Assembly (NCBI RefSeq): GCF_022539665.2
Contig: NC_081331.1
Coordinates: 12,648,001-12,712,000 of the forward strand
DNA length: 64,000 nt
Direction: 5' to 3'
From: Daphnia carinata
Lineage: Eukaryota
Part shown: piece by piece, positions 63,377 through 64,000 of the stretch
Position numbering within the stretch: the first letter of the stretch is position 1
Layout: each line of letters begins with the position of its first letter
Program-made: the position numbers and the translations under genes
The notes under the pieces: generated by a model
Databases searched by the model: none
The model's input: the letters and a program-made list of their open reading frames with translations, nothing else
Told to the model about the DNA's origin: nothing

Positions 63377-64000
63377 ATGAAGGCAGTAGTAAGTTTGGAC
63401 TGATTCGTTCATCTAATAACAGTATGGTCGTTAATTTTCTATGTTTCCTTTCTTTCTTATAGGCTATTTTAATTGCTTGTCTCGTCGCAGCAGCCGTGGC
63501 TGCCCCGCAGTATCAACGGCAGAGACCTAACCAATCGGCTGCGTCCGTTCTCGCCAGACCAGTGGGCTGCTCTGAATCCACTTAAATCTGAGAACAGTGA
63601 TCTTGATGAACTGAAGAAGCAATGGGCTCGTTTCCTTGAGTAAGTTAAAATATATAGCAAAACAAATTCATTAACGCAATCGTAATAATTTATTGTTAGA
63701 TACCTTCCGTGGCTGAAGGGAGCTGCTGGACCAGTTGGGCCTCAAGGACCCGCTGGAGAAACTGTGTACGTTGCTGGACCCCCTGGTCCTCCTGGCCCAC
63801 AAGGTTATGCTGGACCGAAGGGAGACAAGGGAGATGCAGGTGCACCGGGAGCTAACGGTGAGCCTGGACCTCAAGGAAACCCTGGAGCTGATGGATCTCA
63901 AGGTCCTCAGGGGTTGGCAGGTGCACCTGGCGCGGATGGAGCCCCAGGAGCAGCTGGAGTTCCAGGTGAAGCTGGAGCAAAAGGAGATGCTGGACGCAAT
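63377..64000 (+). CDS. Collagen-like gene of the same family as 6930-8582, running off the window, with an apparent +1 frameshift near 63514
   Basis: [21 protein letters not shown] signal peptide, then in a shifted frame ..[20 protein letters not shown] followed by continuous Gly-X-Y to the window end. Confidence 0.85.

Noticed and set aside
1..64000. tRNA/rRNA genes, autonomous transposons, prokaryotic systems
   Set aside because: I saw no cloverleaf around GTTCGA-like hits (e.g. ~3920, 9520, 39286), no RT, integrase or transposase motifs, and no operon-like intronless block. This was an inspection by eye only.

Overview
Eukaryotic genomic DNA, intron-rich with mostly 55-75 nt GT-AG introns. 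Intron size and gene families point to a branchiopod crustacean such as Daphnia (inference). About 17 protein genes could be reconstructed by hand. In order: an arylsulfatase (5'-truncated), two small secreted proteins, a short Tyr-rich collagen, DENND4/Crag, HMG-CoA reductase, an IRE1-like kinase without luminal or RNase domains, two PDSS1-type trans-prenyltransferase paralogs flanking mRpL32 and HADHB, a type II membrane Pro-rich protein, prefoldin 4, VGAT, a cationic secreted protein, two tandem fibrinogen-like/C1q genes, and a second collagen (3'-truncated, apparently frameshifted). Main highlights: (1) a box H/ACA snoRNA in the last HADHB intron whose two pockets match conserved 5.8S and 18S rRNA sequence (SNORA69-like); (2) a ~2.1 kb array of nested palindromes with one flipped central cassette; (3) an HMGCR plus duplicated PDSS1 neighbourhood in which one paralog has lost a conserved Asp; (4) a collagen family sharing a [14 protein letters not shown] motif; (5) candidate amidated or cationic peptide precursors. 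Exon boundaries were read by eye and no database searches were run.
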